Below are positions 37,339 to 49,200 of a stretch of 64,000 nt of DNA, piece after piece. Both the position numbers and the translations under genes were made by a program. Under the pieces are notes generated by a model, which ran no database searches, was not told the DNA's origin, and worked only from the letters and a program-made list of their open reading frames with translations. The stretch is taken from NCBI GenBank assembly GCA_051294905.1, contig CM119371.1, forward strand, positions 40,984,001-41,048,000. Direction: 5' to 3'. The stretch's first letter is position 1, and each line of letters begins with the position of its first letter. This DNA is from Botryllus schlosseri. Taxonomy: Eukaryota.

Positions 37339-38845
37339 CAGGGGTTCTCAACCCGCGGCCCGCAGACGATTATTTTGCGGCCCGCGACATCTTTCGTTAT
37401 AAACACAATTATTGCTGACACGGTAGTCTATTGTAGCAAATTAATTTAGATACTTGGCTCCGTCCCTGTTTCGTTTGATTACTAATTTTTGAATGCAGTG
37501 GTTCTCAAACTGGGAGGCGCGTCCCTTAGGAGCGTGAAAGCATCTGAAAGGGGTGCGACGCTGCGGTCAACTGAAAAAAATTTTCGCGCTGCGCGCAATT
37601 TGTCTTCAGTTCATAGTTATTTCTCTGTGTATAGTCCGAATTTCATATTTGAGAATTCTCTCATCAACATCAGTCACAAACCTTCCATGCCATCAAACTA
37701 GCCGTTTGTAGCATTCTGGTTGCATTTTGTAATATGACGATAAGGGGGCACGAAATTATTCTCTTTTAAAAAAGGGGGTGTGTCTGAAAAAGTTTGAGAA
37801 CCACTGCTTTAATGTACTCTCGTTTCTTGATATATGCTCGACTTCAGATTGTTATTGTTTTGAATCGGTATTCTGCTGGACTCTGGTTCAAGGAAATCCC
37901 GCTACGTAGTTGGTCTGCAATTTCAAAGAGTGTTTGACTCACTGCGAACGGTTGTTGAGATTGCCGACGACGTTACAGACGCATCGTTCAAAATTACTTG
38001 GAATATCGCTAAATCCTAGAAATCTGCTACAGAAGGTGCGATTTCAATAAGACCTTAACATACTGTGCGAAAATTTGCTGTTTCAGGAACTTAGCAGCAT
38101 GACAAATTTCGAAGATACAGTCGTCTGATTCAATCGTGTCAAGACGAGTTACGTCAATGTCAGTCGGTCGCATGTTCTGAAACACGTTGCCGCGTATAGC
38201 CTGCTTTAACCCAACCTCGGACAAATCCACCGACATTGCATAACTAATTATCAGAGTGGACAATATGCGGAGGAAATGCTGGCTGGGCAAACGTGGTGAG
38301 GGGACCAGCGAAAAATATCAACTTGACAAAGCTAACTCTGTAACTGTTGATGTAGGGTCCCAGGCATGAAAGGAATGGAGAATGGTTGATTGGTTTGCTC
38401 AAAAATGGTCCCGAACGCCAGAGTTCCTCTCATATCACTCATAGCTCAATGTGATAATGGCCTCTGTAACGCCAAATTTACTGTAATTTTATAATTGCTC
38501 ACTCAAGCATTGAAACAGCGAGTTCGGTTCTCTGGTGGAAGGGTTTTGAGTTGCAGATACCGACTTGGCAATGAATGCAATGCACGCTCCATGAAGGGAT
38601 TTAATTGCGCCGCTAGAAGATACATATTCTTACAATAAGCAGCAGCTGCAAACTTAAGAACGCTGTCCATTGATGCTTTATAATGCATAAAAATGTACTA
38701 AATGCCCGTATACGAGTGGTAAATAGGCTACAGTAGCCTAAATTTAATTGTAGCCCACAAATACACGGTAATATTGTTATGCGGCCCGCAGCGTCTTTTG
38801 CTGTTAAAATGCGGCCCGTTACACAGGAGAAATTGAGAACCCCTG
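37339..38845 (+). mobile_element. Internally deleted Buster/Charlie-type hAT element
   Basis: CAGGGGTTCTCAA..TTGAGAACCCCTG with perfect TSD CCATAGGT (37331-37338 / 38846-38853). Internal remnant at 37954-38162, VTDASFKITWNIAKS*KSATEG..ISKIQSSDSIVSRRVTSMS, resembles Buster/GTF2IRD2-type transposases. Confidence 0.82.
37496..37806. mobile_element. hAT MITE nested in the Buster-type element
   Basis: CAGTGGTTCTCAAACT..AGTTTGAGAACCACTG; imperfect TSD TTTGAATG/CTTTAATG. Confidence 0.8.
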
Positions 38846-40727
38846 CCATAGGTCAACCATGTCAAGAGGTACAGAACGTCACAGTAAACTTACAGCAAAT
38901 GTATGACAAAAATTATGATTTTTTTGAATTTTTGAATTTCGAAATGAAATTTCTCCGAGATGGGTTGTACATAACCCTTGAAATTTTAGCATAGCACAAC
39001 GCTGTCCTAGTACTTCCTAAAGAAGGCGTTAGATCGGAAAAAATGGCTTCACAATATCGAGATTATGCATTCCCCGTGTCGGTGCATTTTCTGTCCTTGA
39101 AATCCAAAAAAATCCACAATCTGCAGGGTCGAACGAAAAATTTTGATTTTTTGTTTATAGCATAGCGACATCTAGCGACTGTGAAAATTTCGTGGTGATG
39201 GGGGTAGCCATCCGAAATTTAGGTTTTTGGGATACTAGTCCCCTTAAAATCAGAGCACATAAAAGCATATTTCACTAATTAAATTCGAAGATGACCGGCA
39301 TTGCGCACTAATTAATCCAAGTCTGTTCGGCACCATCGCAACAATCGTCGAAGCAGATTTCAGCCGACATGTGTTAGTCGTGGTCATTTTCGGCCAAGGC
39401 TTATAGGGTCGAACCGGATTTTGAAAATTGCTAGTTTTAGTTCTAGTTGCGCAGTAAAAAAAATAGGTGACGAACAACCACCTCTAAACTGTGCGCTTGC
39501 ACGGTCGCGCTCTGCTTTTAAAGTCGCCGCGCACGGAAAAACGTGTGCCACGCACAAGAATGCCGAAGTGATGACTTTTTTTTAGTTGTTGCGCTGTTTT
39601 CCAAGGGACGGCGCCGTGAGTTGGTGAGTGCGTACAGACTCGCGAAAAAGTAGAGGGAACATTGCTGACAACTAGAAAACACGTGTCGTCGTTTGGTCAT
39701 CCTCAGTCAAGTTCAAGTTCAAGTTTATTCATACAATTTCATGAACTTCAAGGTCACCTGACCATGATTTGACCGACCACACCTATCAACAAATGCCTCA
39801 TTTATTTTCATCGCTAGTCATTTAATGTTATCCTTTATTTCTTGCCGGATTTCAATACTGCTCCAAGTCGTATCGGAACCCTCTTATCTTTTCGATATAT
39901 CGCAATCTTATGGTGCTTTGATCTGATGCAAATTTCAATAAAAAGATTGATTGATTAGCGCGAATCGTGATGCCGGTGTTCTGTTGTGTGATGTTCTTGC
40001 AGAAGTGAGTTTTCTGGGTCAAAACCCCTGCCATTACATGTTCGTTCATGTTCAGTTCATGTGAAAAGCCGATCCGATAAGTGGGTTGCGACTTGCGATT
40101 GCAAATATATAAAGGTTTGACAGACAGACAGATTCTTTATTATTTTATGCAATGCGAGTTGACACAAAGACGACTCCAAGTCGTTTCGACACCTTGCTAT
40201 CTTTTCATTGTATCGCAGTCTTGTGGTGTTTTGAAATGATGAAATGAAATTATTAATCTAAGAAAGAACTGAACAAATATTTAAAAAAGATACGACCACA
40301 ATGTGGTCTTCGAGCCAGCTGTAGTCATGGATGAATGATGGACCATCAATAATATCATATTACTGTCAGTAGTCGCGAGCTGTTCTAATTCTGAGCATTT
40401 TGGAAACCAAGTAGTTGCACAGCACAGGTATGAGCTAAGTTTTACAAGACGTGCTTTCGTAGTAGTACCAAAATTCTGTAGCGACACGCGCCAGCGATCA
40501 TCAACAGTGCAACCTTGATGCAGGTATTTTCACTTTCACACAAACGCAATGTGAGATCTTCGAAGAATTCAGCAAATCTTTTATCGTGGTTCATATTTGT
40601 ACCACGAGAAACAGCAGAACCCTGCTTATGTTGGCAATGGTGAGTGATTGTTGTTGAGTGCGGATGAATACATTGCTAGTCACGAGTTCAGAGTTCTCTC
40701 TACGTCTAGCTAGCAAACAACAAACTC

Positions 40728-40737
40728 ATGACGTCAT
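40728..40737. promoter_or_regulatory. Palindromic CRE/ATF site in the probable Rab5 promoter region
   Basis: ATGACGTCAT at the start of the long repeat-poor stretch preceding the Rab5 coding exons. No transcript evidence. Confidence 0.3.
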
Positions 40738-43700
40738 CGACTAGGAGGTGATCAGCTGAAGTCGATAAAGTATTTGGTGGCGTGATGCGAGTCGTAGAAT
40801 GGGTGATAGGAATGTTATTTTTTGTCGCGTATCCACCAAGTTGAAACGTTGCCTTTGTTCACTCCGCTGTAATTTTAGCCCAGCATCTCAGCTCCGATTG
40901 ATTCTCGTTTATTTCGTACTCAGCAGTTGTTCGTAACGGGAATGCACGATTGAAATTGGATATCAAGTTCGAGATGATATTCGCTTTTGCACTGGCTACA
41001 AGCATATTGCGACGGAGATCTTGTCATTATATTTTGTTTTACAAGCTGCTAGATCAAGATTGATGATTCATGAGTCTTGTTGAAGCTTTGACTCTTTGTT
41101 ATGTAACTTCGAGTTTCGATTGTGAATGGTTAATACAAAGTACCGTATCTTCGAATTTAAAATATGGATCAATGATGTAGTTTGGATAGAGTAGGATCGG
41201 GGTCTAATCATAATATCAAGACTCTACTAATCTACTGTAACTTCCAGTTTTATCTACTCATGAATAGGATTCATGTTATCATATGTCATACCTTGTATAT
41301 AGATGTTCCTGCTTAGTTAATGCCAAGCTGTTGTCTTTCGTACAATGATCAGAGCTTGAACATATCACCTTGTGAGAAAGAATTGCTGCAATCTACTGCT
41401 TGAGACCATTTGACTCAGCCTAGCCAGACAGGAGATGATTAGTTAATTTGACATTCTTCAAATTCGATTGAATAATATAGTGTGAAGAAACCCAAATATT
41501 TTTGTGAAGGGTAGTCGTCAGAAACTAGTTTAGAATTGGAAAGAACATTGTATATCAGCAATTGCATCAACCAATATAATAGGCTTACTGGCATGAAATT
41601 TCGAATAATCATGGCAGTCAGATACACAGTGATAGATATACGGTACAATGGTTTTTCTTTCTATTCACTACTATATATACTTGCTGAAGGTTGTCAACCA
41701 AAATATTCCTTGTGGTTTATTTCAATATCAATATATATTATTCAACTGTATATTGAATTTCTGTACATAGGCTACAAGGCTGACTAGATGATTGAAAAAA
41801 GTTGTCGGGGCTTGTTCGCTCTGTTACTATGAGTCATACTTCTGTCCAATGTGTTGATTTTTACTGTCAATTGCGCTGTGGTAGAGCTGGAATGGCTTGA
41901 TTTTGCGATATACCGGCCTCACTGGTACCATTTCAGTGGAAAATTGAATGATGTTTGCATATTAAAATAGCCCATATTTTTGGACTACACTCAAACTCAT
42001 TTCAATATGAATATACTATTCAATTGTATATTGAAGTTCTGTACCTCCAAGAAACTCTTCTTATATAGGCCTAATATTCAATTGTCTGGAAGTCGTCTTT
42101 CTCGCCAAGATATATGAGCAGTCTCAGGGTTAGATATTTCATCTCACTGCCAAGTTTGCTCTGAGCCATAGGGATTCTTAACATGAAGCTCAATATTTGT
42201 GGAAAAGATACCAAATTCCAACCTGGTACTGCATGCTTACCTGTGACCACAAATTATCCAGAATTCCTCGATTGCCATTTGTAGCAATAAGTTGTCATGC
42301 AGGGTGTTTTCAGTAACTAACACTCATGGATGCTGGCCAGTCTTTTTGCGAATACCTGGACCTTTTTTTTGTAACTGCTGAACGTATCTGTTATTCGGGA
42401 CATTGTTTCATTATGGTACCTGTAAATTGTCAGTGACTTATCGTTATTTAAATAGAGCTGACTTTACTTGTGTGAATATGATATGTTGGATATTATACCA
42501 GACAATTGGAGAGTTGGTTGTTATTTTGGTAGTTCCACCAAGCTGCACAATTGCGAGCCTTGTCTTCTAATGTAATTGTGCCACTTCGAAGCAGTTCATA
42601 GACCAAAATATACTGTTTTTAAGGATGAGTTCCAAGTCTTTGTGTAAATCTGTAGTCTTTGTTCAAATGTTAACATCGTAACTAAGTCTTGACCCAATCT
42701 AAGTTTTGGACTGACAAATAAGCGTTAGCTGCTGATCAAACAATAAATTTCTCTTTGAAAAAATGATGAAAACTGCTCGGACATAGATATCGTCTGTATA
42801 ATGAGCATTGTAAATATTGATGTGTTTTGAATTCTATTTTTGAAGCCAGAATTAAAATTTCTGTGTAGCGCTCATCGCTACTGATGTAGTTTGAAATGTG
42901 GTTTGATTGATCAATGTAATTAAAAGTTCTTTTTCATTCACAAAATTGTTGTGTGACTCTGGCTAGCTTCGGGTTTTAATATATATATTTACGTAATGAA
43001 TATATTGTATATTTAGGTCTCCTCTGCTATAAGGCATTGCCTCTTGTATTGCCGAAATATTGAGCATTGTTTCACAGAACTGAAAGTGTACCAGCATCGA
43101 TCACGGTAGTGTGGAGTAGTGTATTTTTAGTTGCTGGTAATCGAGGATGTACCATTTCACATACATGTTTAATAACACTCCTATTCCTTTGCTTTCAAGC
43201 CTTTACAACTTCCTGCCGTGTAGATTCCAGAATGATATCATAAATTCCAACGTAACACTTCGAGTTTGCCGTAGATTTCATTATTTGACTCTTCGTTTGT
43301 GTTTGTTTCCTGGTACCTTGTATATTATAGATAACCGTATCAATCAGGTTGACGTCAGACTGTCGTCAGTGTTCATTAGGTCAGTTCAGTGTCTGCGTGC
43401 ACTTACTAGCTATGTGTGAGACTGTGTTTATTCAGGCAGCAATAATTGTTCTAAAAGTTTATCTCATCAATAGTGACTTGCTTGATTTTAAAGATGACTT
43501 ATGCACAAAATGTAATCTTCTGTGCTACCAGAGTATAGATGTGATTCAGTTGATTGCATAATGTGTCTCCTGGTGTAATAGTCATAGATATAGGTGACTT
43601 GATCATGATATAATGTTATATGTTTCATTAAATGGTTTAGAAACCTTTCTGAGTCATTGCTAAGTTCTTTCATTGACCAATTTTGGTGATTCCTGGCGTT

Positions 43701-44394
43701 TTTATTGTGATGTTTTAGTACTGGACTCTTTGTTAGTAGTCCCTATGTAGAAGTTTTTATCGATTTAACAGGTAGTGCTGTTTAAAAATGGAGAATTTTC
43801 GTCGATCAGTAGTTGAGAAAGTGTGTCAGTTGTTAGTGACAGAATTTGAATGGTCGGTTGGTGTCGTATTTTGCAAAACACTGTCAGTGACCTTTATTAG
43901 AGTATGCTTTCGATTAGTGATAGGGTAGTTGTAGGAATTAAGTGTATTTGAAGGGTAGATCTAATTCGAGCCTTGACCATCGTAGCATCGGACACATTTA
44001 CTATATATACTCCAGGTAATAGCATCTTAATGTATATTTTGGCATGTAATACATATACTGTTCCAGTTGATTAGCTGCCACTCCATGCATTGCATAGTGC
44101 TTTATGCAAACACCGTGGCTTTGATGCAGTCATTAAATATGCAGTGTGAATCCATCTTTCTGGCATGAACTAGCATTAAATCCTAATGTCACACGACTAT
44201 TTTTGGAGTGTACTACTGTAGATATATTGTGTGAATACTGCAAGTGTTTAGAACACTATTTTTAGGTGTTGAAAATTCAATTTTTAAGTATCAATTTTTA
44301 TCATTGCTCCTTCAAATTGATTATTGCTACTGTGCGGCAGAGCGAGCCCGCTCTAAAACAGTTCGTTCTTTTCAGAATATACATTTTTGTAGGT

Positions 44395-44536
44395 ATGTTA
44401 ACTAGACGCACACCACAGGGACAGCTTTCTCGATGTAAATTAGTGACACTGGGGGAATCGGCAGTTGGAAAAAGTAGTTTGATAGTAAGATTTGTGCAAG
44501 GACAATTCAATGATTATTTAGCACCGACCATAGGAG
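44395..44536 (+). CDS. RAB5: Duplicated alternative first coding exon of Rab5 (exon 1a)
   Basis: ATG 44395, [47 protein letters not shown]+G, donor GTGGGA at the same phase-1 position as the canonical exon. Acceptor TTTTCAG|AATAT (exon from 44376) parallels TTTCTAG|AATAT (46173). Confidence 0.75.
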
Positions 44537-44827
44537 GTGGGATGTTTTCAATTTATATACTTTCTTGATAATATCATTTCAATAGTAATGCATGTTCAAT
44601 TGTTCATAAGAGTTGTAGCCAGACTTCACTTGGTCAGTAGTAACGAATGGCACAGCCGCTTTATGGCACACTTGATTGTGTATTAGACTGTGATTTGCTT
44701 TAATGGACTATAGTATGCCAGCTGTGTAGATTTATATATTTGAAGATGCTCGCAGCACGAGCAGTGTGGCAAAAAAGTATTTTTCTATACTGCAACTAGA
44801 ATCCCATATGACTCTTTTCTGCTTTAA

Positions 44828-44927
44828 AGGGGCACTGCACTCTGAAGAAAACGGCTGCGGCCAAATTTTTTTTCTTCGTTTTTCCCTTCAATTTGAGACC
44901 ACATCATTTTTGGAGTACAGTGCCCCT
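44828..44927. mobile_element. 100-bp Kolobok-like MITE
   Basis: TTAA-AGGGGCACTGCACTC..GAGTACAGTGCCCCT-TTAA. Confidence 0.75.
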
Positions 44928-46219
44928 TTAACTCAATATTTCATTAATGATGGAGAAAGGCTTATATGTCAGCTCAGTTTAGTTTATCTTATTAAGAATT
45001 TCATCAGTTCAAAACAAGTTTGTGATGAAATGAAGAGGTAGGAAGGGGTCATGTGAGTGACTTGGAATAGTGATTCAGTCAAACTCTCGCCTTTGCTTAC
45101 AGATAATAAGAAAGAAGACTATTGAAGGATGAGACTTTCACAGTGAATGAAAAGAGCCAGAATATGCCATGATATGTACTTGCAATAAAAATGAAGGGGC
45201 CTCTCTCAATAGGCGTGTATACTGTCAAGTAATAATCAAGCGCAGGCTAGTATGTGGCAGTGGCATCCATTCTTTTTGCACATGGTCGCTTTTTATCAAT
45301 CAAGATAAATTAGACTGGTGATATGATGAGCGGACATCATACATCATTATACCAAAGACCATTTCGGTCTGTCTTTAACGATATTCATTTGTTGAAAGTC
45401 CCTCATGCAGGAAAGGAAAGGACGTAGTATATTTTTGTCCTTGATGCAACTGAGTGTAAATAACAGCTTTACAGTCATGAAATTTATTGAAGTTTTTGAA
45501 TAATACAAATTGTTGAGTGCTCCAAACAATGACTCTATATTTTCTAAAGAACTGTTTGTGTGGCATGTGAGGGCAGCGAATATAAATTGGGTCTGCATTC
45601 AGTATTCATGCACAATTGGGATGATTCCCTTTGTCTTATATTGTTGAGAAGTATTCATGTAACATACAATTTGCTACTATGGTTAGGAGAGGTTATCGTA
45701 ACTTGCTGCATGGTATGGGTAATGTGTTGCTGTAAGTTGTGGCAGATAGCCGGTGTAGTACTTCAATGTTCAGTTCAATGATATGTTCATATTGAAATAA
45801 ATCCCTAATATTTTTGGCTGACACCCCGTCACCTGAAATTTTTCGAAATATATTTTATTGTAGCCTACATAAATTTGGAAATAATCTGAGATGGTGTGGA
45901 GACGGATTGAAAAGTTCTTTGCATGTTGACGTGGAATTACCCCTGGGTCTGGTGTAGATAGCTGGGTACAATGTTCTTACTAGTGCTACTAGTTGATGGC
46001 AAATGCCCATGTATTCAGCCGAAAATTTTTGGGTTTAGTTCAATAGGAATATAATATTCTATTGCAGTCTATTTAAATGGCTTGAACACTATTGCTAATG
46101 TGATTCAGCTGCAGCAGTATACTAGGCCTATATATTTTTCGACTTCCGTGACATTATATTTGTCCTTTCTAGAATATTTATCATTATTATAATTGAACAG
46201 TTGGCTCCGTTTTATAAGA

Positions 46220-49200
46220 ATGTCTACCAGAAACACACCGCAGCGACCAAACGGCCCGGGCGCGCCAGGGAAGATCTGTCAATTTAAATTAGTATTACTC
46301 GGAGAATCGGCGGTGGGGAAAAGTAGTTTGGTATTGAGATTTGTTAAAGGACAGTTTCACGAGTATCAAGAATCAACTATAGGAGGTGAGAGAATTTTTT
46401 TATTTATATGTACGATTTGTGTCATTATTATCATACCACTATAATACCTATATCATTCCAATGGGTGTTCATGAAGTATTTTGATTACTTGCACGTAACA
46501 CGCATTTTTGTTATGTCAACTTCATCGTAAACAAGTGCATCTTGTATGTTGGAGCAGTAGTATGTGGTATATCCCAATTTTAGAATTTTTGCTCGCTCAA
46601 TCGTGAATACCAAACTGTCGTTCCGCAAATGGAGTTTTCAGCCAAGTTTAGCTCTGCCTATAACCATGATTTGTTTCTGGAAGAGTAGCAACACCAAATT
46701 CTGTCTTTTATGCCCAGTTCGTGTCACAGATACATGATTAATGACATAATACTATCCTCGCACCCTATGTCTGTTTATATATTCATGTTTTCCATCTAAA
46801 TATTGTAATTTAAAAATGATTTCGGTTTTGAGTGTTTCTGTCCTAGCCAGAAAAGTGAAAGCCCTATGTGCAATTGATAATTCATGACTATCAAGTGCGC
46901 CTGCTACCAATCTGTGTTTCACATCTGATCCACAGTTGCTGCATAAAGTCTGTCAGCCTGGTGATTCATTTAAAGTACCGGTACCTGGAACTCAGGAGCT
47001 ATATACATTGATTCATTTTGATAAGCATGCCTGCCTCCGTCATTTCGACACTGATCTCACACTCATGATTTGGTATATTTTTACATTATAGTTAGCTAGC
47101 TAGTAGCTACTTATAGGTTATGTCACAATCATTGTAACCTCTTGTGACAGAGTGTCACAATAATGAATGTTGTAAGCTTGTATTCTACAGCTTGAAGCAT
47201 GAATTTGAGTTTATTAGATATAGCTGATAAGTCTAGCAAAAATGACTATCATAGGGCCCGCCTGAAGACCTCTTGTGGAAAATTTGCTATTTAGTTCTGA
47301 TACACCATCTAATATGACCATTGATCATGAACAAAATACATGTTTAAAACTAGCGTGTCCAAAATGCGATGTATTCCAAAGGCTGTTATGTTCATAATTT
47401 TGTAGCTGTGATATACAATCGTCGCATGTAATATCATGACTGTCCTTGGAATTTGGCTGGCTAGTCAAACTTATCACATCCCAAAGTCGCTGATGCTAGC
47501 AATTTTCCACTGTTTACTTGCTAGGAAACCAGCCAGTGATGCCATTCTTTGCATAGCTCCTGTGTCATAAATCCATGTTTGACTGTTTCATTGTGCTGCT
47601 AAAGATATTCCCTTCAATAGAAGCAGCTAGGCCTTATTACTGAAGTCAGTTTAATTATAGTGCAATGGCTCTCCACGTATTTACTTCTGCAATGTATTGA
47701 TCCTGCCTGATTGCAGTATGAAGATTCTTGATTGATGTAATATTCATCATCGTGTGTCCCTATGTCAATTAATTCTCATGGGTACAATTTTATGAAATTG
47801 TTGGTTTTGACAAGAACTTTAGGTACCGCAGTATTGCAGAACATCATTTTAATTTGAATATTTAGTTTGAAGCTATAACTTTTGGTTTTTGTCACTTCCC
47901 ACAAAATCCTTGTTTGTCCTATTTGTAAGATAGTCTTTATAGTGGTAAGCCGACGGCTAGGGCTCTTCAAAAGTAACTTTTTCTGTCAAATTTCACTGGC
48001 TGACTTGACGATTGTCAGGGTGCCTAAAAAACGGCGCACAACAATCTTCGCTCAATTCCAACCTATAGAAGCATTGCTATATAAGGAACAAGTTATAGAT
48101 ATATTTAATAGAAATACCTAAAAATATTTTCGGATTTCACTGGCTACACTATGAAATTGTTAGGTTGTCTGAAAAAATGATGCTCAACAAATTTGGCTCG
48201 ATTCCAACCAGTAGACGTGAAGTTATTGAGGTACAGGATTTTTGGTTTGAAAAAAAAACAGTATTTACGGTGGCAAACTCTTCATCATTTATTATGAATT
48301 TACCCACCTTAAATACTATGATTTAAAATCCTAAGTTTCTGGCATTTGACAATATTGTTGATATTGACAATGTTTGGTTTGGCTTATCAGCAGATCAGGG
48401 CTGTGCGTTTAATATGTATTTTGTAGTTTCATCAGCCAACTTGGATCGTGCTGATTGATTTTTATTACCCGTATGGGCCATATGTTTTGTTGATGTCTGT
48501 GCTCGAAGGAATGAATGTTAACAATATCAAAACTCCATAATCCATTTGCTTATTATGCGCTGATACTGTTCCAGCATAAGATTATATGTTTCACTCAAAA
48601 AATTCCTGCTCCTGATAAAGGTAGCTTGTCAAAATCGACCTGTGCTTTTTAGAGTTTTGAGAACATTTTATAAGCCAAGTTCTATACTAGTGCTACTAAA
48701 CGAGAGAGGTATTCGTAGAGTGCATAATGTAGAACTCTCACACAAAGAAATCCCCCATAATATGACTCCGTTCACACTTCCTTAAACACTCATTATATTG
48801 GATAAGAGATGATTGTATGGATATGAAGAGGCTAAGCAATATGAGGCAATCCCTAATGCTATTGACTGTCCCTTCATAATGTCGATTGCCCGACAGATTT
48901 GTACAGTAGCCTGTCTAATAGGCCTGTAGCTTAAATCATGGACTGGTTCATCCATACATCCTGTCTAGTATCGTATGTAGAAAACAAAATTACAGTCACC
49001 AGGCTACTCATCTATTTTTAATCAGCCCATCTTTTAATCAATTGTAGATGCCAAGTTTCTTCGATTACAGACTGTGTGTTTATGGTGAAACGCTGCCACT
49101 GCCATGTTTTGATAGTGTCATCGAAATTGTTGAGAAAAAGCGGTCACTCGTGGCTTGTTTGAAAGCAGACATCTCTGTCGCCGTGAATAGCGCATACTTA

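Larger units (their letters stand above)
36652..39243. mobile_element. Kolobok-type non-autonomous element with nested insertions
   Basis: GGGGACTAG..CCCAAAA mirrored by TTTTGGG..CTAGTCCCC, flanked by TTAA on both sides (36648-36651 / 39244-39247). Purine termini plus a TTAA TSD fit Kolobok rather than piggyBac. Confidence 0.8.
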
